NCBI GenBank assembly: GCA_009103225.1 | Contig: RHPI01002699.1 | Span: 286,578 to 350,577, forward strand | Length of the DNA: 64,000 nucleotides | Source: Chlorokybus atmophyticus | Taxonomy: Eukaryota > Plantae > Mesostigma and Chlorokybus algae | Direction of reading: 5' to 3' | Part shown: piece by piece, positions 53,687-62,639 of the stretch | Layout: every line of letters begins with the position of its first letter | How positions within the stretch are numbered: position 1 is the first letter of the stretch | Program-made: the position numbers and the translations under genes | Notes under the pieces: model-generated | Databases searched by the model: none | Told to the model about the DNA's origin: nothing | The model's input: the letters and a program-made list of their open reading frames with translations, nothing else

Positions 53687-54479
53687 TTTATTTTGTTGGT
53701 TTTTAGGGGGAATTGAATTGCAGGCTGCAGTTAGGCGGGTGGTGATGCAGGGGGTAATCTACCGCACTGCGCCTACCATTTTCTGTTTCTGGTAGTTTCC
53801 TGTGTTTTATTCATAAGCACTGCACTACATTTCACTCTATTCGACCCTTTGTCCACATTAATCACAAACTTTGGTGCAACTTAGTTCGTCTACCGCCGAA
53901 ATACACTGGATGCACCGGACTTGATCGGGATATATTGCACTGGGCTAGGCCGGGCTGTACTAGACTAGACTAAATCTAACTAGAACAAACTAAATAAAAT
54001 TGCACCATTTACTGGATTGAGCTAGGCTGGGTTCCACTGCAACTGCACTGATCTGCCATATGAGAAATTGGTCTTCTACATCGACCCAGAGAAATCTGAT
54101 TGGTCATTTGATCAGTAATCTAAACAATGATCTTTGATAGAGAGTAATCTAATGATTAAAAGGGAAGCCGGCCGCACTGCGCCTGTAGCTCCTGGACTGC
54201 ATAGACTGCATAAAACGTTGAACTACTGCTGATCTTCTAGAGAGAGCAATCTAAGGATTGCTCTTTCTCCAAAATATCAGCTGAGCAAATTACCCTAATC
54301 ACTTAGATTACCGAGTGCAGCAGCCCAGTTTAGTCTAGGTGCGCAGCCAGTCGATGGCCAGATTATAGAGATAGATTAGAGATAAATTACGACAGATGGG
54401 GCGCAGTGTCCACCTAAGATAAATTACAGCAAAGAACCGAGTACTGCAGTGCTCTTCTTTTAATTTATTAATGATCCTC

Positions 54480-56093
54480 TCAGCATTGTAAAGCAAAGTA
54501 GAGTGCAGATTGGCCGCNAAAGACTAAGGGGAGTAATTTTACATAATGTGGTACGCCAAATTCAGATTCTAAGAATAGAAGATTTTTCGGTGTTTTTAAA
54601 AGAGCTGCCCCCCAGAAATCGGTTCCTAAACCAACCATCATATCTTTAGCTAAATACCCAACAAAGACACTACCAAAACCTAATAAGATTAGAGGTATAG
54701 CCATAATAATAGGAGCATCATGAGCATCTCGAACATTTTGGCGTATTCCATTATAAGGAGCTAAAAAGGTTAAAAAAAGTAATCGGAAGGAATAATAAGA
54801 GGTAAATATTACTGATACACTTCCTAACCAAAAGGCAAATCTTCCACTTATACTATATTTAGCAAAAGCAAGTTCTAAGATAAGATCTTTAGAATAGAAT
54901 CCGGTTAAGAATGGAAATCCGACTAAAGAAAGGGATCCTATTAACATCATAGTGTAAGTAAAAGGAAGTATTTGTCTTAAACCTCCCATTTTCCGCATAT
55001 CTTGTTCATCTGACATACCATGAATTACAGAGCCCGCCGTTAAAAAGAGCAAGGCTTTAAAAAATGCATGATTCATTAAATGAAAGATACTAACAGAATA
55101 GTTAGATAAGCCAGAAGCAAAAACCATGTAACCTAATTGACTACAGGTAGAATAAGCTATTACGCGTTTTAAATCATTTTGCATTACTCCAGTAGTTGCT
55201 GCAAAAAATGCAGTTAGAGCTCCCATTACAGTTACAACCACTAAAGCTAAGGGGGCATACTCAAATAAAGGGGATGATCTAGCTATCATAAATACCCCAG
55301 CAGTCACCATTGTTGCTGCGTGTATTAATGCAGACACCGGCGTTGGTCCTTCCATAGCATCTGGTAACCAAGTATGCAATCCAATCTGCGCAGATTTACC
55401 GATTGCACCTACAAATAATAGTAAACATATTGTATTAAATGCGTTTACTTCCATATTGCAAAATATAAATTTTGCTTGGTGTAAATGACCTGCTAAAGCA
55501 AAAAGAGTGGTGAAGTCCACTGTACGAAAAAGGAAGAATAATCCCATAATACCAAGAGCTAATCCAAAGTCTCCCACTCTATTTACAAGCATTGCCTTTA
55601 TTGCAGCATTATTTGCTGCTTCTCGTGTAAACCAAAAGTTAATTAAAAGATATGATGCTAATCCTACTCCTTCCCAACCAAAAAACATCTGAATAAAGTT
55701 ATCTCCGGTTACGAGGGTTAACATAAAGAATGTAAATAATGAAAGGTAGGACATAAATCGAGGTTGATGCGGATCTTCAGACATGTAAGAAATCGAATAC
55801 AAATGTACTAAGGTACTTACAAAGGTTACAACAATTAACATAACTACGGTAAGAGTATCAAAAAGAAACCCCCAAGAAGCATCAAATAGCTCAGAATCAA
55901 TCCAAGGAGCTAATTTTATATAACACGGACTTCCGGATAATGCCACCTCATAGAACGCAACAAAAGAAAAGATAGCGGATAAGGCTACACAAGTGGTTGT
56001 TATTAGTGCAGCTCCTCGATAACCGATAAATCGACCAAATAAACCAGCCAGACCACTTCCTAGCAATGGCAGAAAAACAAGTAATAAATACAT
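54480..56093 (-). pseudogene. nad5: Mitochondrial NADH dehydrogenase subunit 5, 3'-truncated (homology ends near the N at 54518)
   Basis: [13 protein letters not shown].., [48 protein letters not shown]. Open for about 525 codons in the standard code; the C-terminal part of a normal nad5 (about 670 aa) is missing. Confidence 0.95.
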
Positions 56094-56848
56094 AAGTTAT
56101 TTGCTTTTTATTTTCTCTTAATTACAATATTGTGGTTGCAGCGATCGCTGTTCAGGTCTGCTTCTTTTATTAAAACAAATCACACACGGGCTCAGTGCTG
56201 CTGCCTGTTTATCTTCGCTACAGTACAGGTAACTTAAGTTTTACCATCAACTACTGAATCAGCGCAGCAACAACGCAGCTGCGCACCTATGCAGGCGCAG
56301 TGCGGTAGATAACCCTCCTGCAGCCCAGCCCACGCAGTAAAGTAAAGTGACCGTGCTGTCTAATAAAAGTAGGATGCAGTCTGTTTCCAGACGCCAGAGC
56401 GAAGTTATTAAAATTGCATTCTCTTACCAATATGACCTACATCGAAAGGTGGCCCACTTGAGTTTAGGTGATCTAATTAAAAAGATTTATAAATTTCACC
56501 ATTTCTAAAAAGAATTTGAGAGTTACAATTCCATCTACACACTAGGTAGTAATCGTGTTAGAAAATAGATTTGATTAAAACCTCAATAAAGTAAAGCGCA
56601 ATGCTCACTCTCTTATTGTTCAGTAAAGCAGGTGCAGTTGATGGTGCAGTATGATGGGCCTTGCTTTACCTGGCAGTGCAGTGCTGTCAACATATTTTAT
56701 CGGTACACGCTGCATCTGGTAGCTTCCTAAACTTTATAGTTTCTAATGAGTTACAAAAGTGTAAAGATGTATAGCCGCTGCGGTGTTACTAGTAACTGAG
56801 CTATTTTTAGACTTGGCGTATTTGAAACCTTTCATAAATAGATTGCTT

Positions 56849-56921
56849 GAGCCGTATGCTTGGAAACAAGCACGTACGGTTCTGAGGGGGGGAAAGCTTG
56901 AAAAGGCCGACCTATCCCAAC
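56849..56921 (+). ncRNA. Group II intron 3' end (domains V-VI), within the NUMT
   Basis: GAGCCGTATGC-TTGGAAACAA-GCACGTACGGTTC (DV), then GAGGGGGG..CCTATCCCAAC (DVI ending in AC). Confidence 0.9.
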
Positions 56922-56963
56922 ACATACAGTTTTGTATCATGGGTTCGAATCCCATTTCCTCCG
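56922..56963 (+). tRNA. trnS: 3' exon of mitochondrial trnS(GCU) (intron after position 43); 5' exon not found
   Basis: ACATACAGTTTTGTATCATGGGTTCGAATCCCATTTCCTCCG corresponds to plant mitochondrial trnS(GCU) from position 44 onward and starts exactly at the intron 3' splice site. Confidence 0.8.
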
Positions 56964-57225
56964 CTTCCTAGTTTAATAGATTTCCTTTTTCGAGTTTACC
57001 TCTTGCTTAAAAGAGAGTACAGCCGCGTGACAGCACTTCTTGCAAAAGTCTTAGATACCTGTATTTACTGCAGAAGTTGCAGCGGCCGGTTTTTACCCGA
57101 GCTGCAGGAACTATAACTATACGCGCTGCAATACAGCAGCAGCAGCACTCCATTAAATAAAAGGGGGGTGTACCGGCGGCAGTGCAGTTCAGTAAGGTAC
57201 TGTCAGATCTACAATACTAAGGTGG

Positions 57226-57305
57226 TGCAGTGCAGTGCAGTGCAGTGCAGCCCAGTCCAGTCCAGTCCAGTCCAGTCCAGTGCAGCCCAGTGCAGCCCAG
57301 TGCAG
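57226..57305. repeat. Pentanucleotide arrays (GTGCA/GTCCA/GCCCA)n in the NUMT intergenic DNA
   Basis: Read directly from the sequence. An (AGCAA)n array is also present near 58022-58045. Confidence 0.75.
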
Positions 57306-58413
57306 CCGTGCAAAGATGCAAAGGTCCAATTTAATGTAATCGAGCTCCAGTCTAATGCAGCCTGTAGCAGCGCAATTTAGTTTGAGCTAGGTCAGTGTCT
57401 CCCGCAGTACAGTCCAGTCCTACCTTGCCATGAGCCTGGGTACAGTCCAGTGCAGCGCTTATCTGTGCTAGAGAGTAATCTAAGGCGCAGTGCGGATTAA
57501 GTAAGAGCAAACTAAGACTTTCTGATCTCAGTAGGCGGTAGGCGGTTGGGATACCAAGTTGCTGGTATGGTCTAGGCTGCTGCATGCAGACTGCTGCAGG
57601 CTGCTGCATGCAGTCCAGGCTGCTGCATCCATGCAGGCTGGATGCAAACCAGTGTACCAGCTAACGATTGAAAGCGAAGCCGATTGGGTTAGTAGCCGAT
57701 TTGGCAGCATAAAAANTTATATCTAACTCATCTTGACAAACTAGACCATTTATTCTTTTTATATTTCTAGAATAATAAAACATTATAACCACTTATAAGC
57801 TATTCTGTTCTTTTAACTAAACTGACTTACTATTAATGACCTTAAAAATCACAAATCCCTCTCACGCTGCAGCTGGTAGCTTCCTTGAAAAAGAGTTACC
57901 AGGAGCTGGTAAAAGCTTATGGGTAGTAAGATCTTTCTCTTTTTAAATGCACGAAAATGCAGAGAAAGATCTACTTTTATTGAGTTTTTACACTCTTTTA
58001 CTTTACAGCGTTACAAAGTTAAGCAAAGCAAAGCAAAGCAAAGCAACGGTCTCCTACCACTTTCTGGTAGCTTCCTGTATACTCGTGAAAATAGGTGAAT
58101 TAGAGAAATGAAATTGACTCCTCTTTATCAGGTAAACAGCTTACCGTTAGGGGGTGCCTCATATAACCCACACCTTATTAAACTGCAGCTTAAGAGATGA
58201 CTCTAACCTAAACCAGCTTTTAACTAACTCTTTAGAGTCTATTACAAAAAAGGATATTGACTGTTCTAACTTGTAAAGGGATTATGTCTTTTATTTCTTA
58301 CCAAGATCGGCCAACTGCAACAAGAGAATACTAGACCGCACTGCGCCTCTCTATTTGCTTTTTTTGCTGACTTGACTATACCGCTCTTTCAGCTGTGTAN
58401 AGTCTATGTAGTA

Positions 58414-59049
58414 CCACCACGATGAAGGCTGGTCGGGTTATATGGCCATTAATAACAAAACGCCCTTTACCTCTCCCATTGCATTGAGAGTGGAACCAGC
58501 AGCACGTACATATGACGTGACTGGTGTGAAAGGAATGTTATTACGTTTCACTCAAGCATGTTCAACAAAGTTATGGTTTGCACCAGTATTAATCAATGCT
58601 GTACATGGTGTACCTATAAGTTGACTCTCAAATCTCCATTTGAGTGGCACTGAGTGACCATCAAATGTAGCTAATGTCGGAGTGCCGTGATTGGTAGCAG
58701 ACTTGATAAAGATCACTTGCAATGGTGAAGCTCCTGTATCTTTGCGTGAGAGTTGCATGATTACTTCTCCCCCTTTCTACAATCGCGACCACGGGCCATC
58801 ATATCGAGGGATAACTACACATGCAGTGACAGCATGTTGTAATTGCAACTCGTGTAAGTGCTTAACAGCAGTTACTAATTCAGAGAATGGAACATTGATT
58901 AAAACACAACCGTTTGCATTTCTCAACACAGGTGGTGTGCTCATATCAGTCCATACATCTGATACATCGCAAAGAGAGGAAACTTTATCAAGAAGTACAG
59001 AGTTTTTAAAGTCGTTCTGCTCGACTAAGCTACCAACCACGGACAATTC
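58414..59049 (-). pseudogene. 5' part of pol: degenerate adenine-MTase-like segment and aspartic protease (catalytic D to N, stops, frameshift)
   Basis: In frame with gag: ..VLINVPFSELV..TACVVIPRYDGPWSRL*KG..ALINTGANHNFVEHA*VKR.., then a 1-nt shift near 58463-58465 to GRFVINGHITRPAFIVVVL. Confidence 0.8.
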
Positions 59050-60225
59050 CTATTTCTTTTCTCTCTGCTGCTTGGCCTTCTGTGCATTCTGTTTTGCATA
59101 GCACGTAGCCTCCCCATGACCTGTCTTCTTGCAGAAACTGCAAGTGATGATGGATTTGGCCGCATTGTAGGGGCCAGCAGGATGAGATGGTTTCGCCTTT
59201 TTCGCAAAAGGTTTGTTGCCAGTGGCCGGGCGCTTTGCAGCTGAAACCGGGGCTGCCTCTTTTGTCGTGGTTTGCATGTTGGCGTGAGAGCGTTTTACAC
59301 TGTCCACAGCAGCAACCATCTGCATCAGCATTGGTAAATCCGTCGAGGCCCACTCTTGCAAACTCGCGGGGTTGACGGCCACATGCTGCACGAGATCTGT
59401 GTCCAAGCCACGCCTGAACATATCCAGCTGATCAGCATCACTGATAGGTAGTTTGCCAGCATTGATCTTGCTGACAAACGACTGAAAATCCTGGATATAC
59501 TGCTGAACCGGACGCCCGTTCTGACGCAGGTTGTGCAGCTGGTTGCGAGCAACCTGGGCAGGATCTGCGCCACCATAGCGCTGCTCCATGAAAAAGCACA
59601 ACTGATTTACTTCCCGCCCGAGGTTTGTATCCCGTTGCTTACGGCGGTACCACTCTGCCAGAGCATCGTTTGGGATCAGCAACTCAGCTACACGCAATTT
59701 CCCCTCCTCAGAAATGTGAAGGGAGTTGACATAGTGTCGCAACTTCACAAGCCAGTCGAAGATGGCCGCTTGCTTGTTGGGAACAAACTCGGCAGGACGA
59801 GCAAGTGCTTGAACAGGTGGACCACCGTCAGCACGCTGCAGACGCTCGATCATATTCAGAACACGTTTACCTTCACCCATCTGCCCCTCCCAATCTCGCC
59901 CCATAAAGGTGGTGAGCTTTGAAACTTTTTCTACCAATAGGAAGAGAAAGTTCACGAATGAGACAATTGCCTCACGAGGGTCCTGATCATAGGTGCTAAG
60001 GAAATGCTCCATCAAGTCCTGCTGTGTCATGCGAATAGAAAACTCAGGGAATATAGAAGGTGATCTATCATCCACTGAAGCTTCCGCAGCTTTAGCAGCT
60101 TGAGACTCATCAGGTGCATCATCCGGATTCGGAATATCTTCCATGGATGGAAATTCCTCCTCACGGGAAAGTTGCTCTTTTTCTGAGCTCTCCCCTTTTG
60201 AGGTGGGCACCGAGTTTTCTTCCAT
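59050..60225 (-). CDS. gag: gag (retrotransposon capsid domain plus CCHC zinc knuckle)
   Basis: 391 aa: IFDWLVKL..LRQNGRPVQQYIQDF..FRRGL, and CSFCKKTGHGEATC (C-X2-C-X4-H-X4-C). Confidence 0.92.
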   Translation of the reverse strand: MEENSVPTSKGESSEKEQLSREEEFPSMEDIPNPDDAPDESQAAKAAEASVDDRSPSIFPEFSIRMTQQDLMEHFLSTYDQDPREAIVSFVNFLFLLVEKVSKLTTFMGRDWEGQMGEGKRVLNMIERLQRADGGPPVQALARPAEFVPNKQAAIFDWLVKLRHYVNSLHISEEGKLRVAELLIPNDALAEWYRRKQRDTNLGREVNQLCFFMEQRYGGADPAQVARNQLHNLRQNGRPVQQYIQDFQSFVSKINAGKLPISDADQLDMFRRGLDTDLVQHVAVNPASLQEWASTDLPMLMQMVAAVDSVKRSHANMQTTTKEAAPVSAAKRPATGNKPFAKKAKPSHPAGPYNAAKSIITCSFCKKTGHGEATCYAKQNAQKAKQQREKK

Positions 60226-60733
60226 TTGCCTGCAAAACAGGCAGAATGGGGTGGTGAGAACCTCACCAATGGACCAGGTTCAACGAGAGGATCAAAATGA
60301 CCCCAAGTTGTAAAAGTCCCAAACAGAGTCCAAACCAGTCCCAAAACAGGAAAGGTTGGATCTGGAGTGTCACCAAACAGAACAAGTCTGAGTGGGACCA
60401 GAATGTCCTAACCCAGTGTTGTCCTCCACCAAGTCCCAATCTCCAGGCCGAAGCCAGAGGGGGAGGGTTTCAGGCTAACAGGGTTTGGGAACAGATTGTC
60501 CTAGAACCTCCCCACAACTGTCCTAACCAAGTCCCGATCTCTAGGCCGAAGCCAGAGGGGGAGGGTTTGGGAACAGTTTGGTTTGGAACTTACGGACCCG
60601 GGTCAAACGACCCGGCAAAGCCGCTGGCAGGTCACAGGTACGTCACATGCATGCAACAGGCAAGCCACAGGCATGCAACAGGCAAGCCGTACGGTGACTA
60701 ACTGTGACATGCACTGGCAAGCACAATGACAAG

Positions 60734-61306
60734 CAATCACCGCATGCAATGACAGGCAATCACTGCAAGCAATGATAGTGCACTAAGTGTGACAAACAGT
60801 GATGGCACACTAGCAAGCCGCAATCACCGCATGCAATGACAGGCAATCACTGCAAGCAATGATAGTGCACTAAGTGTGACAAACAGTGATGGCACACTAG
60901 CAAGCCGCAATCACCGCATGCAATGACAGGCAATCACTGCAAGCAATGATAGTGCACTAAGTGTGACAAACAGTGATGGCACACTAGCAAGCCGCAATCA
61001 CCGCATGCAATGACAGGCAATCACTGCAAGCAATGATAGTGCACTAAGTGTGACAAACAGTGATGGCACACTAGCAAGCAGCAATCACCGCATGCAATGA
61101 CAGGCAATCACTGCAAGCAATGATAGTGCACTAAGTGTGACAAACAGTGATGGCACACTAGCAAGCCGCAATCACCGCATGCAATGACAGGCAATCACTG
61201 CAAGCAATGATAGTGCACTAAGTGTGACAAACAGTGATGGCACACTAGCAAGCCGCAATCACCGCATGCAATGACAGGCAATCACTGCAAGTAATGATAG
61301 TGCACT
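60734..61306. repeat. 87-bp tandem repeat (about 6.6 copies) in the retrotransposon 5' leader
   Basis: Units start at 60734, 60821, 60908, 60995, 61082, 61169 and 61256. They are near-identical and have no spacers. Confidence 0.95.
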
Positions 61307-61578
61307 GGCAAGCCACTGTGCGCATGAAAGTACACACGTGCACTTGGCAAGCACCTGGCAAGCAGCTGACAAGCAGGCAAGCAGGCAAGTCACCGACGTG
61401 TGATGGTACCTCACACGTGGAGAGGCCGCCTCTTTGATAGGTGGCTTCAACGTGAAGGTAGCGCAGGGAAGCGAACTTGAAGCTTGAGCTGCGTGGACGA
61501 ATAGGAGGCCGCCGCCGACGCCTTCTGATTGGCCGAAAGCAGGTCGCCGCCCCCTATAAGTACCCACGTCACCCCCCA

Positions 61579-61592
61579 GCTCCTGGATACCA
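61579..61592 (-). other. Primer-binding site, tRNA-iMet-like (TGGTATCCAGGAGC)
   Basis: Lies 1 nt inside the 5' LTR. The first 7 nt are complementary to the 3' end of plant tRNA-iMet. Confidence 0.75.
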
Positions 61593-61593
61593 A

Positions 61594-62119
61594 TGTAACA
61601 GCACCACCGTCGCCGGTGATGCCCCTTCAATCCTCTACCCCAACACCCACACCGCCTATGACAAGCCTTTCAACGGCGTGGCCGCCACTGAGCAGAGAAC
61701 TGAAAGTCCCCACATCAGATTGATGTGACCTTTTATATCAAGAGTATATCAACTATATAACTCTCGATAATTAACTCACAACTAGACATCGACCCTACAG
61801 ATAGGGTAGTTAGGAAATCTAGCGTGAGCCAATCACAGCTCAGATAAGGTACCTATCGATAAGGTACCTATCCAAAGATACCTATCGTAAGGTACCTAAC
61901 GAGATAGTGATCACATTATATCAAATGTGACACTAAATAGGCTTGAATAAGCGGTTCTACACCCATTGGGACTTATTTAAGCTATGATAAAGCATCATAG
62001 CCTTTAATAAGCGAGGAACCGTAGAAAAGAAGTATAAATAAGCATATTTAAATACTTATTCATACAAAATGTGTTATTCAGGTAGCAATAATACCCCTAT
62101 TATTATTGCTCCCGTTACA
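61594..62119 (-). repeat. 5' LTR (526 bp)
   Basis: TG..CA termini; matches 48786-49311. Confidence 0.97.
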
Positions 62120-62639
62120 CACGCATATGCACACTATTTTGTAGTACCTTACAACGCAAAGTTGTTTGCACATTTGTATGTTGTACTAATGCAATGCAAT
62201 GCATATAGTACGGATTACTTTTCATCTTTGCACACGATTGTATAAAGAACTTTTACTTTGCATTATGATATGATCGCAACATCACGATTAGACAATTCGA
62301 GCAATGATGTAATCAGCAACACAACTCACATGATGTTGCTGTATACGATAAGATATTTAGCAATTAAGGATGATGAACAACATGATATTTCCATTTATCA
62401 TTAAATTGCGCTCTTGTGATTTGCTAAATATGGATACGGTTGGTAACGTCTTGATTATAAGTGTTATTTAATTCCAACTTTTTTAGATTCTTTTAAAATT
62501 TATTTAGAAACAAAATAAATGAGAAGGGAAAAGGAAAAAGAGTTGTGGCATGACTCTTTTCCCGACGATATAAAACCTTTTGTATCGTGCAACCAGTGGA
62601 GTCAATGTAATACGAGCAGCAGTGAAATCTGGTGAACAA

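Larger units (their letters stand above)
52622..58413. other. Mitochondrial DNA insertion (NUMT), about 5.8 kb, inside the retrotransposon protease
   Basis: Contains mitochondrial-type trnK, trnQ, nad5, a group II intron end and trnS exon 2. Flanked by the direct repeat TGTAGTA (52615-52621 and 58407-58413). Confidence 0.88.
48786..62119 (-). mobile_element. Ty3/Gypsy chromovirus-type LTR retrotransposon, full length but defective, 13,334 bp including a mitochondrial insert
   Basis: Two 526-bp LTRs (TGTAAC..GTTACA), 5-bp TSD CACGC (48781-48785 and 62120-62124), PBS and PPT, and domain order gag-PR-RT-RH-IN-chromodomain. Confidence 0.97.

Noticed and set aside
49524-60225. Non-standard genetic code (TAR=Gln or TGA=Trp) to explain in-frame stops
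   Set aside because: Host genes terminate at TAG (RAF2), TAA (ORP-B) and TGA (ORP-A, ICME) at expected C-termini. The stops are confined to the element and pseudogenes.
60734-61306. 87-bp array as a CRISPR array
   Set aside because: The units are contiguous and identical with no unique spacers, there are no cas genes, and the array lies inside an LTR element.
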